IMG/VR virus record: IMGVR_UViG_3300049136_000118
Span: 1-40,103 of that record
Direction: 5' to 3' (one strand)
Source of the DNA: a virus
Lineage: Duplodnaviria > Caudoviricetes
Length of the DNA stretch: 40,103 nt
Both the position numbers and the translations under genes were made by a program. The notes under the pieces are model-generated. The model searched no databases, was not told where the DNA came from, and saw only the letters and a program-made list of their open reading frames with translations. Below, piece by piece: positions 28,692 through 36,387 of this stretch. Position 1 is the first letter of the stretch, and every line of letters begins with the position of its first letter.

Positions 28692-29383
28692 GTGCGCACC
28701 TTGTAGCGCAGCGGGAGTTCACGGACCGTCACGGGCGGCGACGTGCCGCCGTCGTAGGGCGCCTGGTGCTCGCAGCCGCGGAAACCAGGGACCCCGCAGC
28801 GCCGGCACTCCTCGCGCGACAGCGCCGGTGCGAGCACTCGCGAAGTCGACGGCGCCGGGGGCGCTGGCTTCTCGCGCATCACCTTGACGAAACGGCTGTA
28901 ATCCGTCGGCACGGCTGCGATTTGCGCGGCGATTGCCGCCTCAAGCAACGGCTCGATAGGCCGGGGAGTGGTGGCACGCGCTTGACGGGCATTCGCAGGG
29001 TCCTTGCTCGCATTTGCCGCGGCCCCGCTTGTTCCGTTGGGCTCCCGCGAAGGCGCTGCCCTCGTGGGAACCGTGTCCGGTGCCCGCCCTTCGCAACCGG
29101 CACCCCTGGAGAGTGGGGCCCGCGTGCTGGCGGCTGTCTGAATACCCGCGGCAAAATCGCTGACGTTCGGGTCCTGCACGGGCGCGGGATCCGCTTCGAT
29201 ATCGTCCGGTGCGGGGCTGGCCGTCGACGCGCGCTCGATCACCTCCCGCACACGGGCTTCGTCTGCCAGCACTTCGGCCATTGTCCGGTGGCTGCGCCAG
29301 GGGAAGCCAATCGCAGCCAGCACCCGCGGCCGATCGGCGAAGGGTTGCTTGACCCGTCCCTGGAAGCCCACTGCCCGCCTCAT
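28685..29383 (-). CDS. Hypothetical protein with C-terminal Cys/His motif
   Basis: ATG 29383 (ATGA); low-complexity middle; CRRCGVPGFRGCEH. Confidence 0.55.
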   Translation of the reverse strand: MRRAVGFQGRVKQPFADRPRVLAAIGFPWRSHRTMAEVLADEARVREVIERASTASPAPDDIEADPAPVQDPNVSDFAAGIQTAASTRAPLSRGAGCEGRAPDTVPTRAAPSREPNGTSGAAANASKDPANARQARATTPRPIEPLLEAAIAAQIAAVPTDYSRFVKVMREKPAPPAPSTSRVLAPALSREECRRCGVPGFRGCEHQAPYDGGTSPPVTVRELPLRYKVRTC

Positions 29384-29532
29384 GCGGTCACCAGCGAAGT
29401 CGAGCAGCGCAGCCAGGCACGAACTCGACCCTTGTCGAACGCCGGCGGCTCCAAGGGCCGCAGGTGCTCGACAGGATGCGCCAGCCAGTAACGCGGGCGA
29501 AGCAGAGCAGGATCGTTGAAGTGCCCGCTCAT
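29380..29532 (-). CDS. 50-aa hypothetical protein (not in ORF track)
   Basis: ATGA overlaps at both ends; MSGHFNDPALLRPRYWLAHPVEHL... Confidence 0.5.
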   Translation of the reverse strand: MSGHFNDPALLRPRYWLAHPVEHLRPLEPPAFDKGRVRAWLRCSTSLVTA

Positions 29533-30647
29533 GCCGCCTGCACCCAATCGTTGATATCCTTGATCCCCGGCGGCGGCAGCACCAGCTGCACGGCCAGTCC
29601 GCGGGCCTGTTGCTGCGCGATCGAGCGCTCGAGGGTATCCTGAGCGGTCGGCTTGTCATCGCGGTCGGCGACGATCACCAGCTTGCGCGCCTGATCGGGG
29701 AGCACGATCGCGCCGATGTTGCCGAGGCTGATCCCGCAGACGATGCGCGCCGCCGGCAGCAGCATGCGCACGCACAGCGCGTCCTCGATCCCTTCGGTCA
29801 CATAGACCGGCTCGCCTGGCGGCATCTGCCGCATGGACTTGCCGCTCTTCCCCTTGGCGATCGGCACGAAACCGCCCCACATGTTGCCGAGCACCATCTT
29901 GGCGTTCTCGAGGTCCGGATGCTGCAGCTTGCCCCAGGCCGCACCGGGCCCGGCCGAAACGCGCTGCAGCTGCAGGAACGTCCGATGCGTACCCACCTGC
30001 TCGCCGGCAGCGTTGAAGATCCCCGCCACCATCGCCGGCTGCTTGTCCTGCAGTGGTCCGCAGAACGCGTCCCGGTGATAGCGAAGCGACCCCGGCCACT
30101 CGGCGCCCAGGGGATTGCCGATCGCCCGGCCGCGCAGATACAGTTCGGCCGGGGATCCCGCGAGCGGCGAGGCGGAAAGGAACAGCCGCTTGGCGTTGCG
30201 AGCCTTCTTCGTCCGCTCGGCTGCCTCACGCTGCTCGCGCTGCCTCGCCCGCTCGCGTGCCTCGCTCGCTCGCTTCTCACGTTCCTCGGCGCTCATCTGC
30301 GGCCGCTGGCCCGGCGCGAAGCTGTCCTCGATGCCGAGCTCGGCCTTGGCCCAGTCGACCGCACGCTTCACGTCGCCGCCGCACTCTTTCAGGCGGACCA
30401 GGTCGAGCATATCGCCCTTTTCCTCGCCCGCTCGCGCGTTGCCGGCATCCTGCCAGTGGCCGATCCGTGCGCCGGTCAGGTAAACCCAGGCGCTCCCGCC
30501 CTTGCCGTTGTCATCGATGCCCGAGAAGCGCCACACGTTGCCGGCCCGGCGTCCGTTAGGCAGCAGCTGCGGCGCCAGCGTGCCAGCCCGTTCGTTGAGC
30601 CGCTCGGCGATCTCGGCGACGTCGATCAGGTTGCCCCCCGCCGCCAT
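29529..30647 (-). CDS. TOPRIM-domain DNA primase
   Basis: ATG 30647; KGDMLDL, YLRGR, HRTFL, VTEGIEDAL, IVADRD, IKDIND. Confidence 0.85.
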   Translation of the reverse strand: MAAGGNLIDVAEIAERLNERAGTLAPQLLPNGRRAGNVWRFSGIDDNGKGGSAWVYLTGARIGHWQDAGNARAGEEKGDMLDLVRLKECGGDVKRAVDWAKAELGIEDSFAPGQRPQMSAEEREKRASEARERARQREQREAAERTKKARNAKRLFLSASPLAGSPAELYLRGRAIGNPLGAEWPGSLRYHRDAFCGPLQDKQPAMVAGIFNAAGEQVGTHRTFLQLQRVSAGPGAAWGKLQHPDLENAKMVLGNMWGGFVPIAKGKSGKSMRQMPPGEPVYVTEGIEDALCVRMLLPAARIVCGISLGNIGAIVLPDQARKLVIVADRDDKPTAQDTLERSIAQQQARGLAVQLVLPPPGIKDINDWVQAA

Positions 30648-30940
30648 CAGTCGGGGATCCCGAAGTCGAGCATATCGGCCAGGCCGCCGAGCTCGAGCCC
30701 GAGCTGGCGCGCCGCTGCGGTGTGCAGCAGCAGCTGCATCGGCTTGCCGTCGATCGTCATCTGCAGGCCGATCCGCCAGCCATGGGCCGTGCGCTCTCCG
30801 ATTGCACCGATCAGCTGCACGACCGGCGGCCCCGACGGATCGAGGAAGCCTGGCCGCTGGTCGAACGTGATTTCCTGCGGACGCGAGATCAGCCGATCGG
30901 CGATCTCGCGGGCGCTGGTGATGTATCCCTCCCCGCTCAT
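30647..30940 (-). CDS. Hypothetical protein
   Basis: 97 aa; TGATG overlap with primase. Confidence 0.6.
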   Translation of the reverse strand: MSGEGYITSAREIADRLISRPQEITFDQRPGFLDPSGPPVVQLIGAIGERTAHGWRIGLQMTIDGKPMQLLLHTAAARQLGLELGGLADMLDFGIPD

Positions 30941-31053
30941 CGTTAATGGCTTTCGTTAACTCGGCGTTGAGAAACACCTGTTGTCTTGGGCTCGACGGGA
31001 AACCTCGGTGCGCAAGCGCCGGAGATCAGGGGGGCCAATTGCCACGCGACCAT

Positions 31054-31296
31054 CTAAGCCGCCTCATTCAGTGGGGCCGGCCGCGGCTCTCCACAGAAAA
31101 AATCGTCGGCAGACACCTTTCCTTCGGTCACATTCCGCACTCTGGGCATGAAATGTTGGTTCGGTCGGCGCCGACCGCGTTCCCAATCGGACCACACCTG
31201 GCGCGAAGTGCCGACCTTTTCGGCCGCCTCTTGCAGCGTCAGGCCCTCGGCTTTCCGCCACTTACGCAGGGGGTGTTCGGCGGTGGCTTTTCTCAT
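31054..31296 (-). CDS. cro: Cro-like XRE HTH regulator
   Basis: LRKWRKAEGLTLQEAAEKVGTSRQVWSDWERG; divergent from repressor. Confidence 0.85.
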   Translation of the reverse strand: MRKATAEHPLRKWRKAEGLTLQEAAEKVGTSRQVWSDWERGRRRPNQHFMPRVRNVTEGKVSADDFFCGEPRPAPLNEAA

Positions 31297-31303
31297 GTCG
31301 CCG

Positions 31304-31380
31304 GTAGTAAGCGATACGCTAACATCTTGACAAGTGCCTGTTCGCGATTAGGCGTCTAGCCGTGTCAGCGCAAATCTTAC
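31304..31380. promoter_or_regulatory. Divergent cro/cI promoter region with operators
   Basis: Operator 31307-31323 between minus-strand TTGTCA and TACTAC; plus-strand TTGACA 31327-31332; weaker operator 31364-31380. Confidence 0.65.
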
Positions 31381-31730
31381 ATTTCTGTGGCGTGACTGAC
31401 GCGCCGAACAAAATCCGCGAACTTCGCATGGAGAAGAAGCTGTCGCAGCAAGCGGTGGCTGATCGGATCGGCGTATCCAAAGTGACGATCTCAGATCTCG
31501 AGCGCGGCGAGATGCAGCTAACGGTCGAATATATGCGGCGCATTGCTAAGGCGCTCGGCGTTGAAGCTGCCGACCTGCTGTCACGCAACGACAATCCTAC
31601 GGGGCTATCCGCTGCGGAGCGGGAGCTGATCGAGCGCCTGCGCGCAGCCGACCCCGACCAGCGGGACCAGCTGCGCAAGGTCGCCGAGGTTATGCTGCCC
31701 TGGAAGGGATCCGACCGGGACGCAGCCTGA
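31362..31730 (+). CDS. cI: CI-like XRE repressor (start may be GTG 31392)
   Basis: IRELRMEKKLSQQAVADRIGVSKVTISDLERG; no S24 peptidase domain. Confidence 0.85.
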   Translation: MSAQILHFCGVTDAPNKIRELRMEKKLSQQAVADRIGVSKVTISDLERGEMQLTVEYMRRIAKALGVEAADLLSRNDNPTGLSAAERELIERLRAADPDQRDQLRKVAEVMLPWKGSDRDAA

Positions 31731-31731
31731 C

Positions 31732-32106
31732 GTGCGTCTGCGCGCGCGCCTCGCTCTGCTGCAGATCCTCACCGGACTTCTCGTTCTCGTCGTTGTGACG
31801 TTTGCCCTGGTACTCTTCCTGCCCGCAGGCGCGGGGCTTGACGGATCCGCAATGTCCGAAGCGGAAGAGGCGCTCGCTGCACCCGTCTACGATATCACCG
31901 GCAGCGACGCCGAGACCCTACCGGTGGAGCTGGTGACGAGGATCGACGAGCTGGAGGCTGGCCTGGCCGAAGCGCGCGACGCAGCTGAGGCTGCACGGGG
32001 CGTTGCTCGCAAGGCTGCGGATGCAGCTGCCAGTGCGGAAGATGATGCGCGAGAAGCCTACGACAAGGCCATGGAGCCCTGTCTGATGCACGGGCAATTC
32101 TGCTAG
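31732..32106 (+). CDS. Membrane-anchored coiled-coil protein, lysogen-expressed candidate
   Basis: N-terminal TM, Ala-rich coiled coil; starts 1 nt after cI. Confidence 0.6.
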   Translation: MRLRARLALLQILTGLLVLVVVTFALVLFLPAGAGLDGSAMSEAEEALAAPVYDITGSDAETLPVELVTRIDELEAGLAEARDAAEAARGVARKAADAAASAEDDAREAYDKAMEPCLMHGQFC

Positions 32107-32158
32107 TAAGCTATTAGCTAACAAACTCGCTTGACACGGTAAGCGTTACGCTTACAAA
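32106..32158 (+). promoter_or_regulatory. Early promoter with two operators
   Basis: TTGACA 32131-32136, TACAAA 32153-32158; operators 32106-32122 and 32139-32155. Confidence 0.7.
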
Positions 32159-32192
32159 CGGCCCCGTTCACTGCGAACGGGAGCTTACTTCA

Positions 32193-32555
32193 ATGTCCCT
32201 CTTGTCACACCTTGTCGCGGACAGCGACGCGGAGCCGACGGTCACCGCCTGGTGGATCCAGCGCCAGCTCGGCCACAAGGGCAGCGACAAGCTGCTCGAG
32301 GCCTTTCTTGAAGGTCTGATCGCGCAGCATGGTTTCCCGGAGCCGCTGCCGCACCAGAAATGGGGCGGCGGCCTTGATACCGCCCTCAACGCTCGCCGCA
32401 GTCGCTGGCTGCGCGTCGCAGTCCTCGCGTGGCTCGACAATTACCTGCCGCCCGAAGCCGTCGTTTCGCTCGATGCGGCGCACCAGGCTGCCGCGGCCGA
32501 GGACATGGACCAGGCCGCAGGCAACCTCCGGCTTGTCGGAGGGATCGACGCATGA
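32193..32555 (+). CDS. Hypothetical early protein (possibly excisionase-like)
   Basis: GFPEPL...SRWLRVAVLAWLD resembles AlpA/Xis-type motif; first gene after early promoter. Confidence 0.6.
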   Translation: MSLLSHLVADSDAEPTVTAWWIQRQLGHKGSDKLLEAFLEGLIAQHGFPEPLPHQKWGGGLDTALNARRSRWLRVAVLAWLDNYLPPEAVVSLDAAHQAAAAEDMDQAAGNLRLVGGIDA

Positions 32556-32767
32556 GCCGGCCGTCCGATCAGCTTTCCGAACTCATTGAGCAGTCTGCGA
32601 TTTCGCAGGACGCGCCGCTCGAGCTCGGCCTGCCGCATGTGCTGCTTCTATCGAGCGCGATCAGTCACAAGCGGCAGGCCGATGCGCTCGAGCGCATCGC
32701 CGACGTGGAGGAAGCCCGCGAAGCGCGCGAAAGCGCCGCCGCTGGCGGGACGGAGCCCGTCGCATGA
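32552..32767 (+). CDS. Hypothetical protein
   Basis: ATG 32552 (ATGA), GGAGGG RBS; AISHKRQADALERIA. Confidence 0.6.
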   Translation: MSRPSDQLSELIEQSAISQDAPLELGLPHVLLLSSAISHKRQADALERIADVEEAREARESAAAGGTEPVA

Positions 32768-33300
32768 TCCACGAACAAACCGCCTTTGCCATTGCCGATC
32801 CGATCGACGATGCGCACCCCCTGGTCCTTCCCTCTCTGCGTACCTGTAATCCTGCGGGTGTTGAATTGGCGCAGAGCGGGAAGGGCACCGCCGCCGGCTT
32901 TTCAGGTTCGGTGCCGGCGGCGGCACCCCATTCAGAGCTTCCCGGCGCTGCGCGAAGTTGCCCTTCCGACAGCGCCGGGGAGGCCCCGCCGCCGATCCCT
33001 GCAGGATGGCCCCCCGTGGCGGCGGGGCACACTTTCGCCGGCGTGCCGGTCGCTTCGATGGAAGCTGTCATGGCGCAGCGCACGCGGCAGATCGCCCATT
33101 TCGGTCACACGCCGGACAAGGATCTCGGCTTGCGGCCGAGCGTCCTGCCCGATCGCGCGATCCGCTACCTGGTCAACGCCCAGGAGGATCTCCAATTCCG
33201 CCGCGGCGAGTATCGCGCCAGCGCCCGGCGCCACCTGGCACAGGCCGGGGCGATGGTCCTGGCCGCGATCGACTATCTCGATGCCGGCGGCGGTCAATGA
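32764..33300 (+). CDS. Hypothetical phage protein; true start may be near 33058
   Basis: C-terminal RQI..FGHTP.KD...RRHLAQAGAMVLAAIDYLD looks like a common phage family; 5' half is a hairpin array. Confidence 0.55.
   Translation: MIHEQTAFAIADPIDDAHPLVLPSLRTCNPAGVELAQSGKGTAAGFSGSVPAAAPHSELPGAARSCPSDSAGEAPPPIPAGWPPVAAGHTFAGVPVASMEAVMAQRTRQIAHFGHTPDKDLGLRPSVLPDRAIRYLVNAQEDLQFRRGEYRASARRHLAQAGAMVLAAIDYLDAGGGQ
32826..33028 (+). other. Array of four abutting GC-rich hairpins
   Basis: Stems 32826-40/32870-84, 32888-98/32913-23, 32938-50/32970-82, 32983-93/33018-28. Confidence 0.7.
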
Positions 33301-33398
33301 CGCTCCGCACTTATCTGATCCGCCGCATGCCGCTGGTCGGGCTGTTGCTCGCCGGCGGCTACGCATGGGCGCTGCTGCTGTCGATCGTCAGGCCGTGA
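33297..33398 (+). CDS. 33-aa membrane peptide
   Basis: ATGA overlap; MTLRTYLIRRMPLVGLLLAGGYAWALLLSIVRP. Confidence 0.55.
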   Translation: MTLRTYLIRRMPLVGLLLAGGYAWALLLSIVRP

Positions 33399-33420
33399 AC
33401 CGCAAGGGGGGGACGCAGGG

Positions 33421-33639
33421 ATGAAACACTACCCTATCGAGGACTGCGAGCTGCCGGAATGGCTGCAGCGCATCGCCGAGGACGCAGAGCACGAAGCCGT
33501 CCGCCGTGAGCGCGAGCAGCGTCTTCAAGCCCACCAGCGCGATCAGCGCGCGGCCGCCAGGCTCGACGCACTGCTGATCCTCACTCTGCTGTTCGCCATC
33601 TGTGCAGTGGTCACCGGCGCCTGGTCGGGTTGGTACTGA
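33421..33639 (+). CDS. Hypothetical protein with C-terminal TM
   Basis: RBS, 72 aa, hydrophobic tail. Confidence 0.65.
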   Translation: MKHYPIEDCELPEWLQRIAEDAEHEAVRREREQRLQAHQRDQRAAARLDALLILTLLFAICAVVTGAWSGWY

Positions 33640-33806
33640 TGCGCGGCTCCACTCTCCCGGCGCCATCGCTGGCCGAGATCGAGCACGCGGTCGCGGCAAC
33701 CGGGTTCGACCGGATGCAGGCGATCCGCACCCTGCAGCGCCGCGCCCTCGAGCGCGAAGCCCCCAGGAGGATCGCCTCCGGCAAGCTCAACATGGAGAAA
33801 CCTTAG
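33639..33806 (+). CDS. 55-aa hypothetical protein (not in ORF track)
   Basis: TGATG overlap; MRGSTLPAPSLAEIEHAVAATGFDRMQAIRTLQRR... Confidence 0.55.
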   Translation: MRGSTLPAPSLAEIEHAVAATGFDRMQAIRTLQRRALEREAPRRIASGKLNMEKP

Positions 33807-34096
33807 TGCCCTACAAGATCAAGCGGCTGCCCGAGCGCCTGCGCAAGATCCGCTGTGCCGCCCAATACCGGCCATCGACGAGAGCCGAACGGCAGTTCCA
33901 GCACAGCAGCACGATGCTGTGGAAGGCCTCGCGGCGAGAGCGCCAGTATGCTGCTTTCGAAGAGCAGCGCCGCAGCCCGCGCTATCAGCGAAGCCTCGCG
34001 TGGGCTGTCGCAGCGAACCTGTCTGACCGCCACCCGGACGCAGGATTGACACATGCCGAGCACGCGCGGCGCAAGGCGGAGCGAGCCAAGAAATGA
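33806..34096 (+). CDS. Basic hypothetical protein
   Basis: GTG 33806 (TAGTG) with GGAG RBS; ATGA overlap with next gene. Confidence 0.55.
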   Translation: MPYKIKRLPERLRKIRCAAQYRPSTRAERQFQHSSTMLWKASRRERQYAAFEEQRRSPRYQRSLAWAVAANLSDRHPDAGLTHAEHARRKAERAKK

Positions 34097-34575
34097 GCGA
34101 GATCGATCCGATCGCCGAGGGACGCGCTGCGGCCGAGGCATACAACGGCGAGGCGGGTGAGGGCTTCAAGAACGACGGCCGCAAGAACGCCTACGTATGC
34201 GAGGATTGCGGCTCCTCCATCATCACCGTCGATCGCGGTCCCGGCTTCACCCCCTTCCTCATCAGTTGCGGCAACTGCAAGGGCATGGCCCAAAGCAAGA
34301 TGTACCGCGTCGTGGACTGGCTCGAGCCGACGCACGAGTGGCACCGGCCCGAAAGCGTAGACGGCCTCAACGCAGCCTCGATCGAGCACGTCCGCAAAGG
34401 CGGCCTGATCCTGCGGCCGATCCCCGGCAGCGCTGGCGGGTGGGTGCGACCAGTCAAGCCAGACGCGGATCTCGTGCAGCGACGGCAGGTGCTCGAGCAG
34501 CTGATGCGGGATGCAGCAGCGCCCTGCGCGAGCATCGAACTCACCGCTCAGCGCGAACGGAAGGGCAGTAAATGA
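34093..34575 (+). CDS. Zn-ribbon-containing hypothetical protein
   Basis: CEDC...GFTPFLISCGNC; HVRKGGLILR. Confidence 0.7.
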   Translation: MSEIDPIAEGRAAAEAYNGEAGEGFKNDGRKNAYVCEDCGSSIITVDRGPGFTPFLISCGNCKGMAQSKMYRVVDWLEPTHEWHRPESVDGLNAASIEHVRKGGLILRPIPGSAGGWVRPVKPDADLVQRRQVLEQLMRDAAAPCASIELTAQRERKGSK

Positions 34576-35069
34576 ACGATATCGACACCGAGAAACTCGG
34601 CGAGCTACTCGCCTTCATCGACCGCCGCTTCGACGAGAAAGCCACCCCGGCAACCATCATCCAGGAGCTCACCGACGGTCACGGCGCCGTCTATAAGACC
34701 GACGGGGCGGGCAACACCATCCGTCTCGCCGGCGTCGGCGGATCCTGCAGCTGGTCGGCCACTGACGGCGTGCTCGCCAGCTGGCGCCGCAATGCGGAGA
34801 AGCGGGCGAAGCCTGGCATGGGTCACAACTCGCGCGCCAGCGCCAGCGACGATCGCCTGCGCCTCCTGATCGAGCGCGTCGAGCGCCTCGAGGAAGAAAA
34901 AAAGGGCATCGCCGACGATATCCGCGACGTTTACGCCGAGGCCAGCGCAGTCGGCTACGACGCAAAGATCATGCGGCAGATCGTCCGCCTGCGGAAGATG
35001 AAGCCTGATGATCGCGCTGAAATGGAAGCGATCCTCGATGTCTACAAAGCGGCCGTGGGGCTCGGCTGA
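34572..35069 (+). CDS. GapR/DUF2312 DNA-binding domain with N-terminal extension
   Basis: DRLRLLIERVERLEEEKKGIADDIRDVYAEA...GYDAKIMRQIVRLRK. Confidence 0.9.
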   Translation: MNDIDTEKLGELLAFIDRRFDEKATPATIIQELTDGHGAVYKTDGAGNTIRLAGVGGSCSWSATDGVLASWRRNAEKRAKPGMGHNSRASASDDRLRLLIERVERLEEEKKGIADDIRDVYAEASAVGYDAKIMRQIVRLRKMKPDDRAEMEAILDVYKAAVGLG

Positions 35070-35542
35070 TGGGCACTTCCCGGGTCATTGACCGCTTTCT
35101 CGAGCAGCCGAACTCTCGCTGGCGGAAGTTCCGTCTCTGGCTTTGGGTAACCGGCCTGGACGTCCGCGATTGGTGCCTGCGCTGGATCTACGCGCAGCAC
35201 AATGCCCGCGTCATCATCGACTTCGAAAACCGCATGAGCGCCGTCATCTGCGAGGCGTCGGGGCATCTGATGAGCAAGCCCTACTACACCGCCGAGGCGA
35301 TGCTGGCGCAGATCCACGAGCACCAGCAGCAGTTCTATGCGGAGGGATACGCCGACGGGCGCAAGGACGTCGCCGAAGCCTTCGGTCTCGACCTCGATCG
35401 CAAGTGCCGCGTCTGCGGCTGCAGCGAGGACAACGCTTGCGTCGCTGACGGCAAGCCGTGCGCTTGGGCCGCATCCGATCTTTGCACCGCCTGTGTCGGC
35501 AAGGATCCGGCCGCCGTTGCCCTCGAAGATGTGCCCTACTGA
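35069..35542 (+). CDS. Hypothetical protein with C-terminal Cys-rich domain
   Basis: MSKPYYT motif; CRVCGCSEDNAC...CAW...LCTAC. Confidence 0.7.
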   Translation: MGTSRVIDRFLEQPNSRWRKFRLWLWVTGLDVRDWCLRWIYAQHNARVIIDFENRMSAVICEASGHLMSKPYYTAEAMLAQIHEHQQQFYAEGYADGRKDVAEAFGLDLDRKCRVCGCSEDNACVADGKPCAWAASDLCTACVGKDPAAVALEDVPY

Positions 35543-35763
35543 TGGCTCTCCCGGCAAACCCGATCAGCGGCGGCCACGAGCTCACCAACAGCGCCGGGAT
35601 CTCGGATCGCTGGACTTGCCCGAACTGCTACGAAGATCACGTCGGCAGCCTGGACGGCAAGTCTGTGAGCTGCAGCTGCGGCGCCACCCTAAAGCTGACG
35701 ATCGAATACGAGCCGGTTTGCCGATCGGAATGCATCGATCCCGACGAAGAGGACGAAGGCTGA
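35542..35763 (+). CDS. Small Zn-finger-like protein
   Basis: TGATG overlap; WTCPNC...CSCG. Confidence 0.6.
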   Translation: MALPANPISGGHELTNSAGISDRWTCPNCYEDHVGSLDGKSVSCSCGATLKLTIEYEPVCRSECIDPDEEDEG

Positions 35764-35987
35764 TGGCGCACGGCCACACCGGCATGACCCCGGCCGAAGC
35801 CGCGGTGATGGATCTATGGGACGCGGGCAACGGCTTCGCCGCGATCGCTCGCCAGCTGCAGCGCCCGCGCCGGAACGTCGAGAAGGTGGTCACCATGTAC
35901 CACATCGGCGATCGCCGGAAGCAGGAGGCTATCGTTCGCCAGGGCAGCGCGGACCTGCTCGCAGCGCTGCAGCGGGCGGCGGCATGA
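35763..35987 (+). CDS. Small HTH protein (LuxR/sigma region 4-like)
   Basis: TGATG overlap; MTPAEAAVMDLWDAGNGFAAIARQLQRPRRNV. Confidence 0.65.
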   Translation: MAHGHTGMTPAEAAVMDLWDAGNGFAAIARQLQRPRRNVEKVVTMYHIGDRRKQEAIVRQGSADLLAALQRAAA

Positions 35988-36012
35988 CAGCCGATCGGAG
36001 GCACCCGAGAGC

Positions 36013-36387
36013 ATGAACGAGGAAACGACAGGCGACCGGCTGATCGAATGGCTCACCTTCCTGCCGGTATGGATCGCCTACCGCCTGATCTGGTTGGCCG
36101 CGCGGACCGGCAACAGCGATGCTCGGGCGGTCTATCGCGCCATGTGGGACGCGAACCTGGACCTTCCCGCCCTCGTACTCAAGGAGCCGAGAGCGTGTGA
36201 GCAAACTGCCGATACGCCCGGCGCGGGCCTGATCCCCGAGGAGGACGGCCTTCGGGAACTCGGGCTGCTCTACAATTACGCCGAAGATGACAGCCGCCAA
36301 TTCACTCGCTGGCAAATGCTAGAAGCCATGAACCACGGCTTTGGGCTCGCGTCCGAAAAGGCAGCACTCAAGGAGCCGAGAGCGTGA
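36013..36387 (+). CDS. Hypothetical protein, possibly a two-module fusion
   Basis: GGAGG RBS; LKEPRA occurs twice because of a 21-bp repeat. Confidence 0.6.
   Translation: MNEETTGDRLIEWLTFLPVWIAYRLIWLAARTGNSDARAVYRAMWDANLDLPALVLKEPRACEQTADTPGAGLIPEEDGLRELGLLYNYAEDDSRQFTRWQMLEAMNHGFGLASEKAALKEPRA
36177..36386 (+). repeat. 21-bp direct repeat ACTCAAGGAGCCGAGAGCGTG
   Basis: Identical copies at 36177-36197 and 36366-36386. Confidence 0.9.

Noticed and set aside
30943-30960. CtrA box (TTAA-N7-TTAA)
   Set aside because: Half-sites are 9 nt apart, not 7
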